Positions 47,773 to 61,736 of a stretch of 64,000 bases of DNA are shown here, piece after piece. Position numbers and translations under genes: made by a program. Numbering within the stretch: position 1 is the stretch's first letter; each line of letters starts with the position of its first letter. Below the pieces are notes generated by a model that worked only from the letters and a program-made list of their open reading frames with translations, had not been told where the DNA came from and did no database searches. The DNA lies in assembly GCA_030390025.1 (NCBI GenBank), contig CM059431.1:134108001-134172000 (forward strand), written 5' to 3'. Origin of the DNA: Squalus acanthias. Lineage: Eukaryota.

Positions 47773-50029
47773 ACGGTGAGATTTAAGGTGGTCATGGAAA
47801 AGGACAGGGATGGGCCGGAAATAAAGGTTCTAAATTGGGGGAAGGCCGATTTTAATAGGATAAGGCAGGATCTGGGCAAAATGGACTGGGATCAGCTGCT
47901 TGTAGGAAAATCCGCATCGGAGTAATGGGATTCTTTCAGAAGGGAGATTGAGATCATACAATGGCAGCATGTTCCCGTAAAGGTCAAGGGTGGTTCCAAA
48001 AACCCCAGGGAACCTTGGATGTCGGGGATATACGAGAATGGATCAGGAAAAAAAGGAGGGGATTTGGCAGATACAAAATGCTAAAGACGGAGGAAGCACT
48101 AGAGGAGTACAAAAAGTGCAGGGGAATACTTAAAAAAGAACTTAGGAGATCAAGGAGGGGCCATGAAATAACACTGGCGAGCAAAATAAAGGAAAATCCT
48201 AAGATGTTTTATAAGTATATTAAGGGTAAGAGGATAACTAGGGAAAAGATAGGGCCCATTAGGGACAAAAGTGGCAATCTGTGTGTGGAGCCGGAAGATG
48301 TAGGTGGGGTTCTAAATGAATTTTTTGCATCTGTTTTCACTATGGAGAAGGACGATGCAGACATAAAATTAGGGCAGGGGGACTGTGATATACTCGAACA
48401 TTTTAACATCGAGAGGGAGGAGGTATTGGCGGTTTTAGCAGGTCTAAAAATGGATAAATCCCCAGGTCCGGACGAAATGTATCCCAGGCTGCTGTGTGAG
48501 GCAAAGGAGGAGATTGCGGGGGCTCTAACACATATATTCAGAACCTCTCTGGCCACAGGGGATGTGCCAGAGGACTGGAGAACCGCTAATGTAGTACCAT
48601 TATTCAAGAAAGGGAGTAGGGAAAAACCGGGGAACTATAGGCCAGTGAGCCTAACATCAGTGGTAGGAAAATTATTGGAAAAAATTCTGAGGGACAAAAT
48701 TAGTCTCCACTTGGAGAGGCAAGGATTAATCAGGGTTAGCCAACATGGCTTTCTCAAGGGAAGATCATGTCTGACTAATTTGATTGAATTTTTTGAGGGG
48801 GTGACTAGGTGTGTGGATGAGGGTAACGCAGTGGATGTGGTATACATGGATTTCAGTAAGGCCTTCGATAAAGTCCCGCCAGGAGACTGGTCAAGAAGGT
48901 AAGAGCCCATGGAATCTAGGGTGCCTTGGCACATTGGATACAAAACTGTCTCAGTGGCAGAAGGCAGAGGGTGATGGTCGAAGGTTGTTTTTGTGACTGG
49001 AAGCCTGTGGCCAGTGGGGTACCACAGGGATCGGTGCTGGGTCCCTTGCTGTTTGTGGTCTACATTAACGACTTGGATATGAATGTAAAAGGTATGATCA
49101 GTAAGTTCGCGGATGATACAAAAATTGGTAGGGTGGTAAATAGCGAGGAGGGTAGCCTCAGTCTGCAGGACGATATAGATGGGTTGGTCAGATGGGCGGA
49201 ACAGTGGCAAATGGAATTTAATCCGCAAAAGTGCGAGGTGATGCACTTTGGAGGGACTAACAAGGCAAGGGAATACACAATGAATGGTAAGACCCTAGGC
49301 AAGACGGAGGGTCAGAGGGATCTTGGTGTGCAAGTACACAGATCCCTGAAGGCGGCGGAACAGGTGGATAAGGTGGTAAAAAAGGCATATGGGATACTTG
49401 CATTCATTAGCCGAGGCATAGAATATAAGAGCAAGGAGGTTATGATGGAGCTGTATAAAACACTGGTTAAGCCACATCTGGAACACTGTGTGCAGTTCTG
49501 GTCGCCACACTACAGGAAGGATGTGATCGCTTTGGAGAGGGTGCAGAGGAGACTCACCAGAATGTTACCCGGGCTGGAGTGCTTCAGCTATGAAGAGAGA
49601 CTGGGCAAATTGGGTTTGTTTTCCTTGGAGCAGAGGAGGCTGAGGGGGGACATGATTGAGGTGTACAAAATTATGAGGGGCATAGATAGGATGGATACTA
49701 AGGAGCTTTTTCCCTTAGTAGAGGGATCTATAACAAGGGGGCATAGATTCAAGGTAAAGGGCGGGAGGTTTAGAAGGGATTTGAGAAAGAACTTTTTCAC
49801 CCAGAGGGTGGTTGGAGTCTGGAACTCACTGCCTGAAAGGGTTGTGGAGGTAGGAGCCCTCACAACATTCAAGAAGCATTTGGATGAGCACTTGAAATGC
49901 CATAGCATACAAGGCTACGGACCAAATGCTGGAATATGGGATTAGATTAGACAGGGCTTGATGGCTGGCGCGGACACGATGGGCCGAAGGGCCTCTATCC
50001 GTGCTGTATAACTATGACTCTATGACTCT
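47773..50029 (+). mobile_element. Young 5'-truncated CR1 (ORF2 nearly intact), same family as 8162-14213
   Basis: ORFs 47961..48902 and 48926..49945 (FADD), (ATGACTCT)n tail, flanks aaagccataat / aaagccacaat. Confidence 0.92.
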
Positions 50030-50208
50030 AAAGCCACAATATTTCCACAGCGTTCAGTAGAGATAATGGGGGCAGTGATCAGGAGAGGGAGGGGGAGTGC
50101 GATTGGGTGGGGGCCGAGCAGGAACCGGCAATGGTCTTTGGAGTTCCTGCTCCTCCCGACTCCACACCAAAAACGCACCTTTTTGGTTGCAACGTAGACC
50201 ACGTTTAA

Positions 50209-52403
50209 GAACATAAGAACATAAGAAATAGGAGCAGGAGTAGGCCATTTGGCCCTTTGACCCTGCTCCTCCATTCAATAAGGTCATGGCTGATCTTCTA
50301 CCTCATCTCCACTTTCCTGAACTATCCCCATATCCCTTGATTCCCTTAATATTCAAAAATCTATTGATCTCTGTCTTGACTATACTCAATGACTGAGCCT
50401 CCACAGCCCTCTGGGGTCGAGAATTCCAAAGATTCACCACCCTCTGAGTGAAGAAATTTCTCCTCATCTCAGACCTAAATGGCCGACCCCTTATTCTGAG
50501 ACTGTGACCCCTGGTTCTAGACTCCCAGCCAGGGGAAACATCCTCCCTGCATCTACCCTGTCAAGCCCTGTAAGAATTTTGTATGTTTCAATGAGATCAC
50601 CTCTCATTCTTCTAAACTCTAGAGAATATAGGCCTAGTCTACTCAATCTCTCCTCATAGAACATAGAAGATAGGAGCAGGAGTAGGCCATTCAGCCCCTC
50701 GAGCCTGCTCCGCCATTCAATGAGATCATAGCTGATCATCCAAATTCAGTACCCTGTCCCTGCTTTCGCCCCATATCCCTTGATCCCTTTAGCTTTAACA
50801 AATATATCTAACTCCTTCTTAAATATATTTAATGAATTGGCCTCAACTGCCTTCTGTGGTAGAGAATTCCACAGGTTCACCACTCTCTGGGTGAAGAAAT
50901 TCCTCCTCATCTCAGTCCTAAATGGCTTACCCCTTATCCTTAGACTGTGACCCCTGGTTCTGGACTCCCCGGCCATCGGGAACATCCTTCCTGCATCTAG
51001 TCTGTCTAGTCCTGTTAGAATTTTATAAGTTTCAATGAGATCCCCTCTCATTCTTCTAAACTCCAGCAAGTATAAGCCCAATCGACCCAATCTCTTCTCA
51101 TACGTCATTCCTGCCATCCCAGATATCAGCCTGGTGAATCTTCGCTGCACTCCCTCCATGGCAAGAACATCCTTCCTCAGATAAGGCGACCAAAACTGCA
51201 CACAATACTCAAGGTGTGGTCTCACCAAGGCCCTGTACAACTGCAGCAAGACATCCTTGTTCCTGTACTCGAACCCTTTCGCTACGAAGGCCAACATACC
51301 ATTTGCCTTCTTAACCGCCTGCTGCACCTGCATGCTTACCTTCAGCGACTGGTGCACAAGGACACCCAGGTCTTGTTGCACTTCCCCTTCTCCCAATCTA
51401 TTGCCATTCTTCCCATCCCAGGAACCAGTCTGCTGAACCTTTGTTGCACTCCCTCTATGGCAAGTATATCTTTCCTTAGGTAAGGAGACCAAAACTGTAC
51501 ACAATACTCCAGGTGTGGTCTCACCAGGGCCCTATATAATTGCAGTAAGACATCTTTACTCTTATACTCAAATCCTCTTGTAATAAAGGCCAACATACCA
51601 TTTGCTTTCCTAATTGCTTGCTGTACCTGCATATTAACTTTCAGTGATTTGTGTACCAGGACACCCAGGTCCCTCTGAACACCAACATTTCCCAATCTCT
51701 CACCATTTAAAAAATACTCTGCTTTTCTATTTTTCCTACCAAAGTGGATAGCTTCACATTTCTCCACATTATATTCCATTTGCCATATTCTTGCCCACTC
51801 ACTTAGCCTGTCTATATCCCCTTGAAGCCTCCTTGCATCTTTCTCACAACTTACATTCCCACCCAGCTTTGTATCATCAGCAAACTTGGATATATTACAT
51901 TTAGTCCCCTCATCCAAATTATTGATGTAGATTGTGAATAGCTGAGGCCCAAGCACTGATCCTTGCGGTACCCCACTAGTTACACCCTGCAAACCCAAAA
52001 ATGACCTGTTTATTCCTACTCTCTGTTTTCTGTCCATTAACCAATCCTCAATCCATGCTAATATATTACCCCCAATCCCAGGAGCCCTAATTTTGTTTAA
52101 TAACCTCTTGTGTGACACCTTATCGAATGCCTTCTGAAAATCCAAATACACCACATCCACTGATTTCCCCCTTATCTATTCTGCTAGATACAACCTCATA
52201 AAATCTCTTAACAGATTTGTCAAACACGATTTCCCTTTCATAAATCCGTGTTGACTCTGCCCAATCCTATTATTATTTTCTACCACATCCTTAATAATAG
52301 ATTCTAGCATTTTCCCTACTACTGATGTCAGGCTAACTGGTCTGTAGTTCCCCATTTTCTCTCTCCCTCCTTTCTTAAATAGCTGGGTTACATTTGCTAC
52401 CTT
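50209..52403 (-). mobile_element. CR1 ORF2/3' end with a nested younger CR1 (50657-51408)
   Basis: ORFs 51342..52160, 50746..51504 (chimeric) and 50491..50739; two CR1 tails at ~50209 and ~50657. Confidence 0.88.
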
Positions 52404-52763
52404 TAGCTATACACAGCCGGCCCAGCATGGGGTGTGATCAGTGCAAACTAATTTACATATGTAAAGGGCCCATCGTCTGTTTCAGGCACGGGCCCTGAAT
52501 GTCTCTTTTGATGCCTATATCAAAATAGCAGGCAATGCACTTGTGGTGCTGAATTTGTGCAGGCACGCAGCTGCCATATTGGACCCTTTTGCTTTTATGC
52601 AGCATCATCAAATTTTGAGGCGGCTGTGTCCAATGTCTGCTACAATCTACCATACTCAGAAAATATCCTGCTTTTAAAAGCTGGACCATGAGGAATGCAT
52701 CCATGTCCTCTTCATCAGAGAATGAATGTGAGTTCGCTCTGTGAACAGATGATTATCTTACCT

Positions 52764-54424
52764 TGTTACCTTATCTTACTTGTTCTCACATTGAACAACT
52801 TCTCCTTTGACTCTACCCATTTCCTCCAAATTAAAGGTGTTGCTATGGGTACCCGCATGGGTCCTAGCTATGCCTGCCTTTTCGTGGGATACGTGGAACA
52901 CTCTTTGTTCCAGTCCTACTCGGGTCCCCTCCCTCACCTCTTTTTCCGGTACATTGATGACTGTATCGGTGCCGTCTCCTGCTCTCGCCCTGAACTAGAA
53001 CATTTCATTCACTATGCTTCCAATTTCCACCCTTCCCTCACCTTCACATGGTCCATCTCCGACTCTTCCCTTCCCTTCCTCGACTTCTCCATCTCCATCT
53101 CTGGGGATAGGTTATTGACTAACATTCACTACAAGCCCACTGACTCCCACAGCTACCTGGACTACACTTCCTCCCACCCCGCCTCCTGTAAGGACTCTAT
53201 TCCATTCTCCCAGTTTCTCCGTCTCCGCCGCATCTGCTCTGATGATGCCACCTTCCATACCAGTGCTTCCGACATGTCTTCCTTTTTCCTCAACCGAGGA
53301 TTCCCCTCTACCGTGGTCGACACGGCCCTCGACCGTGTCCATTCTATCTCCCGCACTTCTGCCCTCACCCCTGCCCCTCCCTCCCGGAACCACGATAGGG
53401 TTCCCCTTGTCCTCACCTTTCACCCCACCAGCCTCCACATTCAACGGATCATCCTCCGCCATTTCCGCCACCTCCAGCGTGATCCCACCACCAAACACAT
53501 CTTCCCCTCACCTCCCCTTTCAGCATTCCGTAGGGACCGCTCCCTCCGCAACACCCTAGTCCACTCCTCTACCACCCCCAGCACCCCTTCCCCTTCGCCC
53601 GGCACCTTCCCGTGCACGGGCAGGAGATGCAACACATGCCCTTATACCTCCCCTCTTCCCACTGTCCAGGGCCCCAAACAACCCTTCCAGGTGAAACAGC
53701 GATTTACTTGTACTTCTTGCAATTTAGTATACTGTATTCGCTGCTCACGATGTGGACTCCTCTACATTGGGGAGACCAAACGCAGATTGGGTGATCGCTT
53801 TGCGGAACACCTCCGTTCAGTCCGTAAGGGGGACCCCGAGCTCCCGGTGGCCTGTCACTTTAATTCACCGCTTCACTCCCACTCTGACCTCACCGTCCTC
53901 GGCCTATTACACTGTTCCACGGAAGCGCAGCGTAAGCTCGAGGAACAGCACCTCATCTTTCGTTTAGGCACGCTACAGCCCTCTGGACTCAATATCGAGT
54001 TCAACAATTTTAGATCATAACCTCAGCTCCAATCACATTTATATTTTATTTTTTCCACCCTTTTATTTGTCCCCCCCCCACCTTTTTTTTTTCCTTCTAG
54101 AAGCGGGCAGCTGTCCTTCATTCTGCCAGTGGATTTCACACTTCATTCAGCCTTAATCTGTCACATTAACACCACCTCTAGCCTTGCATATCTCTTAATG
54201 TCTCTTCATCTCCCCCTTTGTTCCTTTATCCCCTCCCCCTTTTCCCAGCTTTACCCTGGCCTTAAATCTATTTGATTTCCGGCTCTTCCCAGTTCTGATG
54301 AAAGGTCATCGACCTGAAACGTTAACTCTCTTTCTCTCTCCACGGATGCTGCCTGGCCTGCTGAGTTTTTCCAGCGTTTTCTGTTGTTATTTCGGATTTC
54401 CAGCATCCGCAGTATTTTGCTATC
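52764..54424 (+). mobile_element. 5'-truncated Penelope-like element, family 2 (RT + GIY-YIG), 14-bp TSD
   Basis: Open frame to 54020 with GVAMG, FRYIDD, CTGRRCNTC and NLVYCIRC...LYIGET. TSD tgattatcttacct at 52750-52763 and 54425-54438. Confidence 0.94.
54291..54327 (+). ncRNA. Minimal type-I hammerhead ribozyme (Penelope family 2)
   Basis: AGTT-CTGATGA-A-AGGTC-ATC-GACCT-GAA-ACGT-T-AACT; predicted cleavage after 54323 (GUU). Confidence 0.82.
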
Positions 54425-56016
54425 TGATTATCTTACCTCCTGTGCCATTGCCATTTTCTCCTCTTCATTTGTGTGCTGTTTATCACCCAGTGCACTCCCT
54501 TTAAAGTTACCACCTAATCCTGCAAGATGTGCTATTGCTTGACAGAGTAAGAATGAGTTAAGGTGCATTTTGTGGTAGGTTTCTGCTACCCTATTTGGCT
54601 GACCTAGAAAAGGAATAGAGGGATACAGGTTAGGATGTTGTTTTTATGGTAACGGCATCTCAGTTCACTTTCTGCACAGTGACAGAGAACAAATTGCTGT
54701 TCACTTTCTGATTTGATTGCAGTATGTGAAGAATTGAGTAAAGAAGGAAGGATATTAAGACGTTGGCTACAAGTCCTCAGTTGGGGCCAGGCCTGTGGCT
54801 TCCTCATATCCTGCTTTCTTCATGTTGACCTTGCCTTGGGCCTCTGGGCTTAGGGATGAGATGATTCAGTTTGTGATGCCATTTCTCTTTCACTTGTTAT
54901 GGGCATTCATTTCCTGCAAGAAGAGTATAAGGAATCAAATAATTGACATTAGCAAGAGGGTGGTCATTCTTAACTGTTTATGAGCCTGCTGACCATAGTG
55001 CATATGATAACAGGATCCAGCATCATACTATTACAGTGGATGGAAAGAATTGTCAGGGAGCAATAATTCAGAGTGTGAGGAAAAGTACAAGGGAGGTGCA
55101 GCAAAGTCTATCTTGCTACATAATGGGCTGAAATGGCAAGCTTCCAAAGTACTGTCAGACTATGTGGAAATGAGGGCATGGGTTCTGCCCTTCACAGCTG
55201 AAACAGTAAGATGTGAATGCAGTTTCTTGCCTTGGCACATCTCATGAAGTAACTGAAATTCTTGTGACATTGCAGCTAGATCCTTAGAGCAATGCTGCTA
55301 GCATTCACATTGTTGATTACTTCCTGCCAAACATCTTGCCCAACTTGTTATGTGACACAATGCCCATCCACAGAGAAGATGTGCCTTCTCATTTACACTT
55401 GCTCCAGTAATTTTCACAGCATCTACAAAAATGTTAGATGCCCTGCTGCTTCCTTGACTGCTGTAAGATGTCAGCAAAGCAGGAATTTTCCCTTTGAAAT
55501 GAGTGCGGGTTTGCGAGCAGGTGGGCAGTTAAAAGCGCTGAAATTGACCATGTCAGGAAGCTGCCTTCATACCGCCGACTTCTGCCTTCAACTCTGGTAC
55601 ATTTCTCAGCACACCAGAGACCCGCTCGGGAGACGCAGGCAACCTAATTCAAGTATTTAAGAGCTTGTTAACAGACTATTAACAGGCTTTTTAACGTGAT
55701 GTTGCAGCTTTTACTGGGTGTGCACAGGATTCACAGGCTTCCTGAAACTCGCCTGTCAAAGCAAGGCGAGAGCTGAGTGGCCATTGTGTGAGTTGAACAA
55801 CTGACAGTTCAAATAATTGCATAAATACTCACACCCGGTTCCTTGCCTAAGGGAAAGGCTCTTGTTGACATCAGTGGCGCAGAGAATTTGCTTTCAGGAG
55901 TTTGCAGGTGATTTCTGCAACCTCAGAAGACACTCTCACTACATTGGACATCACTCTCACTATATTGGAGGATTGTGCCTCTGATCCCCACTTCACCTGG
56001 CATCTATCAGATCAGC

Positions 56017-57183
56017 ATGGGTGCCGCTTATGCTGTTTCACCTTGGACCTCAGATTCGGACCAAGAGGAGCCTCAGCAACAACAATACTAGCAGCAGCAG
56101 CCTTCTGCTCACCGACCTGCTGCTCCACAGGAGATAGGGGATGAGATCAGGGGTGCACCTTGCCGCAGGCGATACCCCCAACACAGGATCAGTTTCCTTG
56201 ACATGACTGAACAGCAGTGGCTCAGGAGGCTCAGGCTATCGCGTCAGATCGTGGCAGACATTTGCAGCTTTCTGGAAGAAGACCTGTTGCCAAGTGGACC
56301 TGGTGGACACACCTTACCAGTGGCTGTCAAAGTCACCACTGCCCTCAACTTCTTCGCCTCAGGCTCCTTCCAGGGATCTGCAGCAGACATTTGCAGGATC
56401 TCGCAGTCGGCCGCACACAAATGCATCACCCGGTGACCGATGCCATGTTTCACAAGTGCGCTTATGTGCACTTTGCCACTGATGAAGCCAGTGTGACTGA
56501 GTGAGCACTCAGCTTTGCGGCTCTAACTGGCTTCCCACAGGTGCAGGGCATCATCGACGGCACACATAGCCATCAAGGCACCCCAACATCACCCAGGAGT
56601 GTTCGTGAACCATAAGGGCTTATACTCCCTCAATATGCAGCTCATTTGCAACCACAAAAAGATCATCATGCATGTGTGTGCCAGATTCCCATGGAGCTGT
56701 CATGACTCTTTCGTCCTGCGCTAGTCCACCCTCCCTCAGCTCTTCGCACCTCCGACCAGACTTACTGGCTGGCTGCTTGGAGACAAGAGCTATCCACTGA
56801 AGACGTGGCTGATGACACCCTTGAGGAGGTCAAGCAATGAGGCCGAGGAGCGCGATAATCATAGCCAGATGACAACAAGATGTATAATAGAGCAAGCAAT
56901 CGGGATGCTGAAGATGCGCTTCAGATGCCTAGACAGATCTGGAGGAGCCCTTCAGTACGCACCAGCCAGGGTCTCCAGAATGATCATCGTATGCTGCGCA
57001 CTGCGAGGATTGTAGCTGCAGGAGGAGCAAGGCGCAGAGCCTCCTTTGAGGAGGATGAGGAGTAGGTGGAACACGAGGAGGAGGAGGAGTAAGAGGAGGA
57101 ACCTGAGGTGCAGATGCACCAGAAGCAGTGCACATTGCTGCACGGGAGGCCCAGGATGGACTCATAATGGCACGATTTAGTTA
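56017..57183 (+). pseudogene. Harbinger DDE transposase of element D
   Basis: [63 protein letters not shown] and an acidic tail; stops and frameshifts throughout. Confidence 0.9.
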
Positions 57184-57424
57184 AGTTGTACCAGTGCACC
57201 CATATGGCACCCAGATGCTGAACCAAATTCCCCCAAAACCACAAAGCAGTCCTAAAATGACCAAACCATTCCTGTCACTCACGCACCCATTGCTCGAAGT
57301 TAAGTAATATCTTACCATTCACTCTAACTGACAAGGCCACTTCCCAGGTAGAAGGCAAAAATGGACAAGACGGGAAAGTGGTGCAAATAAATGAATTTAT
57401 GTGGATCATAAATACAACTGAAAC

Positions 57425-60400
57425 TTAACCCTCTAACATTTTGAAATACACCCACTTGCATACCCTTGTGCATCTAGAATTGTGGCATTTTTCTTTTCCA
57501 AATACTTCTACGACATGCACCCCCTGCGGCTTCAGCAGAGGTAGAGGCAGGCTGCTCACTTCCCTGCTCTGACTGCTTCGACACTTTTGGCGGACGTCCT
57601 CTGGGTTTTGGAGCCTGTGAGAGCCCTGCCAAAGTCTGTTCCTCCTGCACCGGTGCAGGGGCCAGACTCGGCCATCAGGATCCAAGGAAGCATGTGGGGC
57701 TCTGACTCAGGGGGAGGCAATGGGGGAGAAGTGGGAGTGCTTTAAGCAGAGCTGCCACTTCCATGTCGACTCTCATCATCATCCCTCTCATGGGCCACCC
57801 ATACTTCCTGCTAGCAAGGAGCTGGAGAGCACCTTGTTGCACATTAGTGGGGCGATGAACAGGCCAAGTCTAGGTTTGTATCCCTCCTAGATATGACTGC
57901 AGTAAGAGTCTGCAAGCTGTTGTTGACAGCAAGAATGTTCTCGTTTGACTGGCACATTTGATGCTCCGTGCAGGTGGCCACCTTTTGCATGGAACAGCAC
58001 ATTGTCGCCATTGCCTGCGACATGGTGCTGCTCATGTTGGAGATGGACTCCTCCATTCTCCCTACAATTGAGCACATTGCGGCTAGAAAAGCTACCAGAG
58101 CCACCCGCATGCTTCTCCAAGATCACCCTCTTTGTCAACGGCCCCCATGGTTCAGCATCTGCATCCAGCTGAGCAGAGCTTGGAGCGTCCTGCGCCTTCC
58201 GACGAGGTCTCTCCACTGCTGTCCCTGTCTCCACCATCTGCTCTTGCTCACTTGTGATCTGTGAGACACCAGGTGACAACACTACTCTCTCTCTCCTCTC
58301 TCTCACAGGACCCACCGACATGTGCATATCTGCGCTGGTGCTGGATGCGCATGGGTCGTGTGACGGTGCACCCTCAGAGACTGCAGCTTCTTCTGATGAG
58401 TCATCCTCCTCTGGCTGGACAGTGGAGGGGGCATTTGATGGACCTGTGGGAGAGTAAAGACATGAATTAGAACTGTTACGATAAGAATGTTTTAAGTTAC
58501 CATGATGGACATGATCATATTTCACTGGCTGCTGACATCAAGTCACCATGAATGACTGTTGTATGCCATGTGGCTGTATGATATTTAATTCTGTCACCAG
58601 GTTGCTGGGAGGTCCCCTTTCTCTATCTACCACTGACAGCAGCTCTGCAAGTCCACTTATTTCCAGTGCCTCCTCCTCTGCTGCCATCAATGGAGTGGTA
58701 ATTGGAGGGCTACCTCTGGTTCTCTACCTCTCCCTGGTGTTCTGTGCCCTCTTCTCCTGCAAGGAGGAAAACAAGAGACCTTTGAGTGAGAATGATGGAA
58801 TGAGTGTAAGGGATGGATGGGCTACATCTGTAGAGGGTGACAATGAGGGAGTGGCGCGATATTGCCAATAGGCCCCTTCTGTGGCATTAATTTCTATGGG
58901 CAGAATTTTGCCGGTGCTCAGAGGGCAGGTTCGGAGGCGGGTCCGCTGTCAAAATGGCAGTGATTGACAGTGGGGCGGAAGTCCGCTCTGAACCCGCCTC
59001 CTTGTTAATTTCCCAAGTGCCAGCTCTGCCTGCGGTTTGCAGACCCGGCACTAAGTGGCAGGTCAGGGAATTGAGATACTTAAGAAGCTGCTTAAAGGTA
59101 TTTAAGCAGCATTTTACCAGGCCCCAACGATTTTTCCATGTTTTTTATGAGGCTCCCAGTGCTCGGGGATCACGTCAGGTAAGTGTGTTGGGTTCTCAAT
59201 GACTCTGCATTGCTTTGAATAGTTGACAGCTGCAAAAGTGGTATAAAAGCTACCATTTCACAGCTGTTCAATTTCCAGTCGCAGAGGCTGGAGCCTTCAG
59301 GATTTGGAATACACTTTTCAGCTTTATGGAGGTTTGAAGTGTTTGGAGCAAACTCTATCCAGTGTCACCTCCTTGGAGCAACCCCTCTCACCATTGACAG
59401 ATCACTTCTGTCATCTCAACTTCAGCTGCCATCTATTCCATCAGCATCGGTGTCCTTGAAAAATCTCACCTTGGTCCTCAGAATCCGACCACGATCAGCC
59501 CCAACACCAACATCATCAGGCACACCAGCAGCTCCAACAACAGCACCAACCTTCTCCTAAATCACCTGATGCTGCACAGGACACAGGGCATCAGCAGCTC
59601 AAGAGGCCAGGGATTGCCTCACCATGGCCAGATATACTTCACTTGACGCTGTACACCCTGGCTACCACATAATGCGCCAGGTAGGCACCACCCCACACCA
59701 ACACCATAAAGCATCCCTACAATGCCCAAGCCATTCCTTTCACACTCATCACCATTAGGGGGGTACCGCTATGTCTCACCATTCATTGCAACTCACTATG
59801 CCACTTCCAAAAGTGCACACAGATCTGTCCAAGAAGGCAAAGTGTTGAAAATGAAGATTTCAATGTTTGACAACACATTAACAGAAACTTTACATGAACA
59901 TTGGCGATAATACCCAACTGTCTACCCTTGTGTGTTGTTAGTTGGTATGGTTGGACAAGGATGAGGGTGAGTGTGAGGGGTGGCTCATGAGATGGAGAAG
60001 TGATAATGTAGATAGAGAGGGATGGGTGGAGTGCAAGGTAAGTTGGTGTGAGTAAGGATGTGCAGGAGTAGGGTAGGGAAGGCAGAGTGATGAGGATGTG
60101 ATGAGTGGCACAGCAGGATGAGGCTGAGTGTGACTTTGCAGTAATGTTTTGTGAGCTACTGAGATCATTGAAAGGTTTGTGCCACTGCAGCCTGGTCCTC
60201 CTGACGACATCCCTGCTTGTGTCCTCCTGTGCAATGTGCAACCAGGCTGCGTTGATCTCCTGGGGAGGTCTCTTCTGTCCATTGGAAGGGAAGAGAACCT
60301 CCCTGCATGCTGTGGCTCCCTCCACAGGCACATGGAGGGAGTAATGGGAGAGTAATGCAGCCGCACACCTCTGTGCAGTGCTTGTCAGTGTTTACAGCAC

Positions 60401-61079
60401 CTCAATGCTGTAGAACACTGACAGCATAACTGTCAAAATCAATGTGGACATGGTCCCTTTAAGGAAACCGGCTGATGACGCATCAGCAAATGAAGTCATC
60501 AGACCTATTAATTGGCTGGGAACTTCGCAGGGCGGGCTTAACAAGCCCAATCAACGGAAAATCTTGTTGGAGGCCAGGATCGAGACAGATGCGGGGTCCC
60601 CACACGCCATGGACGCTGCCCACCCCAGACCCGCCGAGGTTGGAAGAATCCAGCCCTATGATTGCATTAGGATGAGGTTGAGTGTCAGTGGATAGTCGGA
60701 TGGGGATGTGAGTAGGTGCCTAGACAGTGAGGGATGGGTGCACCTGCAAGGTAGGTTGATGTGAGGAGTGATGTACAGGAGTAGGCTTGCGAAGGCAGAG
60801 TGATGGGGTTGGGGGTGACACGCACATCAGGATGCAATTGAATGTGGCATTGAACTCACCTTTCCTGACCTCATGAGGTCATTAAATCTCTTCCTGCACT
60901 GTATCCAGGACCTGGTGACAACACTCCTGCTGCTCACTTCATCGACGATCTCCAGTTATGCCCTCTTTGTCTCTGCAGCTGCATCTCTGAACCTCCCTGC
61001 GGGCTTTCACTCCCTGGATCAGGATTTCCAGGGAGGCATCATTGAATTTTGGCACAGCCTTTTGGCGCAGAGCCTGCAT
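57425..61079 (-). pseudogene. Intron-containing Myb/SANT accessory gene of element D
   Basis: Exon 1 60860-61079 (MQALRQKAVPKFNDASLE...RSWIQCRKRFNDLMRSGK|gtgagt). Exon 2 58598-58756 (ttgcag|EKRAQNTRER*RTRGSPP...AAEEEAL). Exon 3 starts at 58443 (cccacag|). Confidence 0.8.
58898..60656 (-). mobile_element. Harbinger family C copy inside intron 1 of element D's Myb gene, TSD TAT
   Basis: tat|gggcagaatttt ... agaatccagccc|tat; Myb exon within ORF 59783..60331. Confidence 0.87.
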
Positions 61080-61099
61080 TTTTGTTTACAGATCTTTAA

Positions 61100-61736
61100 G
61101 GGGGAAAAATACGGTTGATTTGCGCCTCCCGTTAGGTAATGGGGCACAAAGCAACTAGCGTCTGGGCATGGCGCCACCAACACCTTCTGCGAGATTCAGC
61201 GGGAGGTTAGCGGCGGCAGTAGCCATTAGCGCCCCGTCGGCGCTGACATCATCGCCCCGCTCGCGCCCCGGCAGCAATCTTCGATAGCGCCCACTGACTT
61301 ACCGCCGGACGCTATGTCAGATAGGGTCGGGGGGCCTACATGCGGCTGGGGCGACGCAAATTAAAGGGGAGGTGCCGGGCGGCCATTTTTGTTGCTGGCC
61401 GCCTGCCAGCACCTGCCCCCGTTGCTGTCCCGGGCCTTCTGTGCAGCCCCCCCGCGGGGGTGCCGGCTGCGCTCCGTGAGCCCGGCACTTCGTGAGTGCC
61501 GGGCTCTTTTGCCGGCACTCCGATCCCTAGTGGCCCAGCTGGCCCTGGGTCGTGCTGCGCTAGCCCCTCCCCTTTAATAAGGGGCAGAAGGCCTGCAGTA
61601 CCGCGGCGTGACGTGCCACAGCGCCACATAGCGCCGTGATATTCACTCGCAGCGCCCCAAGAGGGAGGCGGGGCGCTACCAGTAGCGCCCCGGCGAAGTT
61701 AGCGCCCCAAAGGGAGCGCAACCCAATTTTTCCCCC
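61100..61736. mobile_element. GC-rich Harbinger MITE family E, copy 2, TSD TAA
   Basis: taa|gggggaaaaata ... aatttttccccc|taa. Confidence 0.88.

Noticed and set aside
50746..51504. Single 252-aa LINE protein
   Set aside because: Chimeric frame across the junction of two nested CR1 copies
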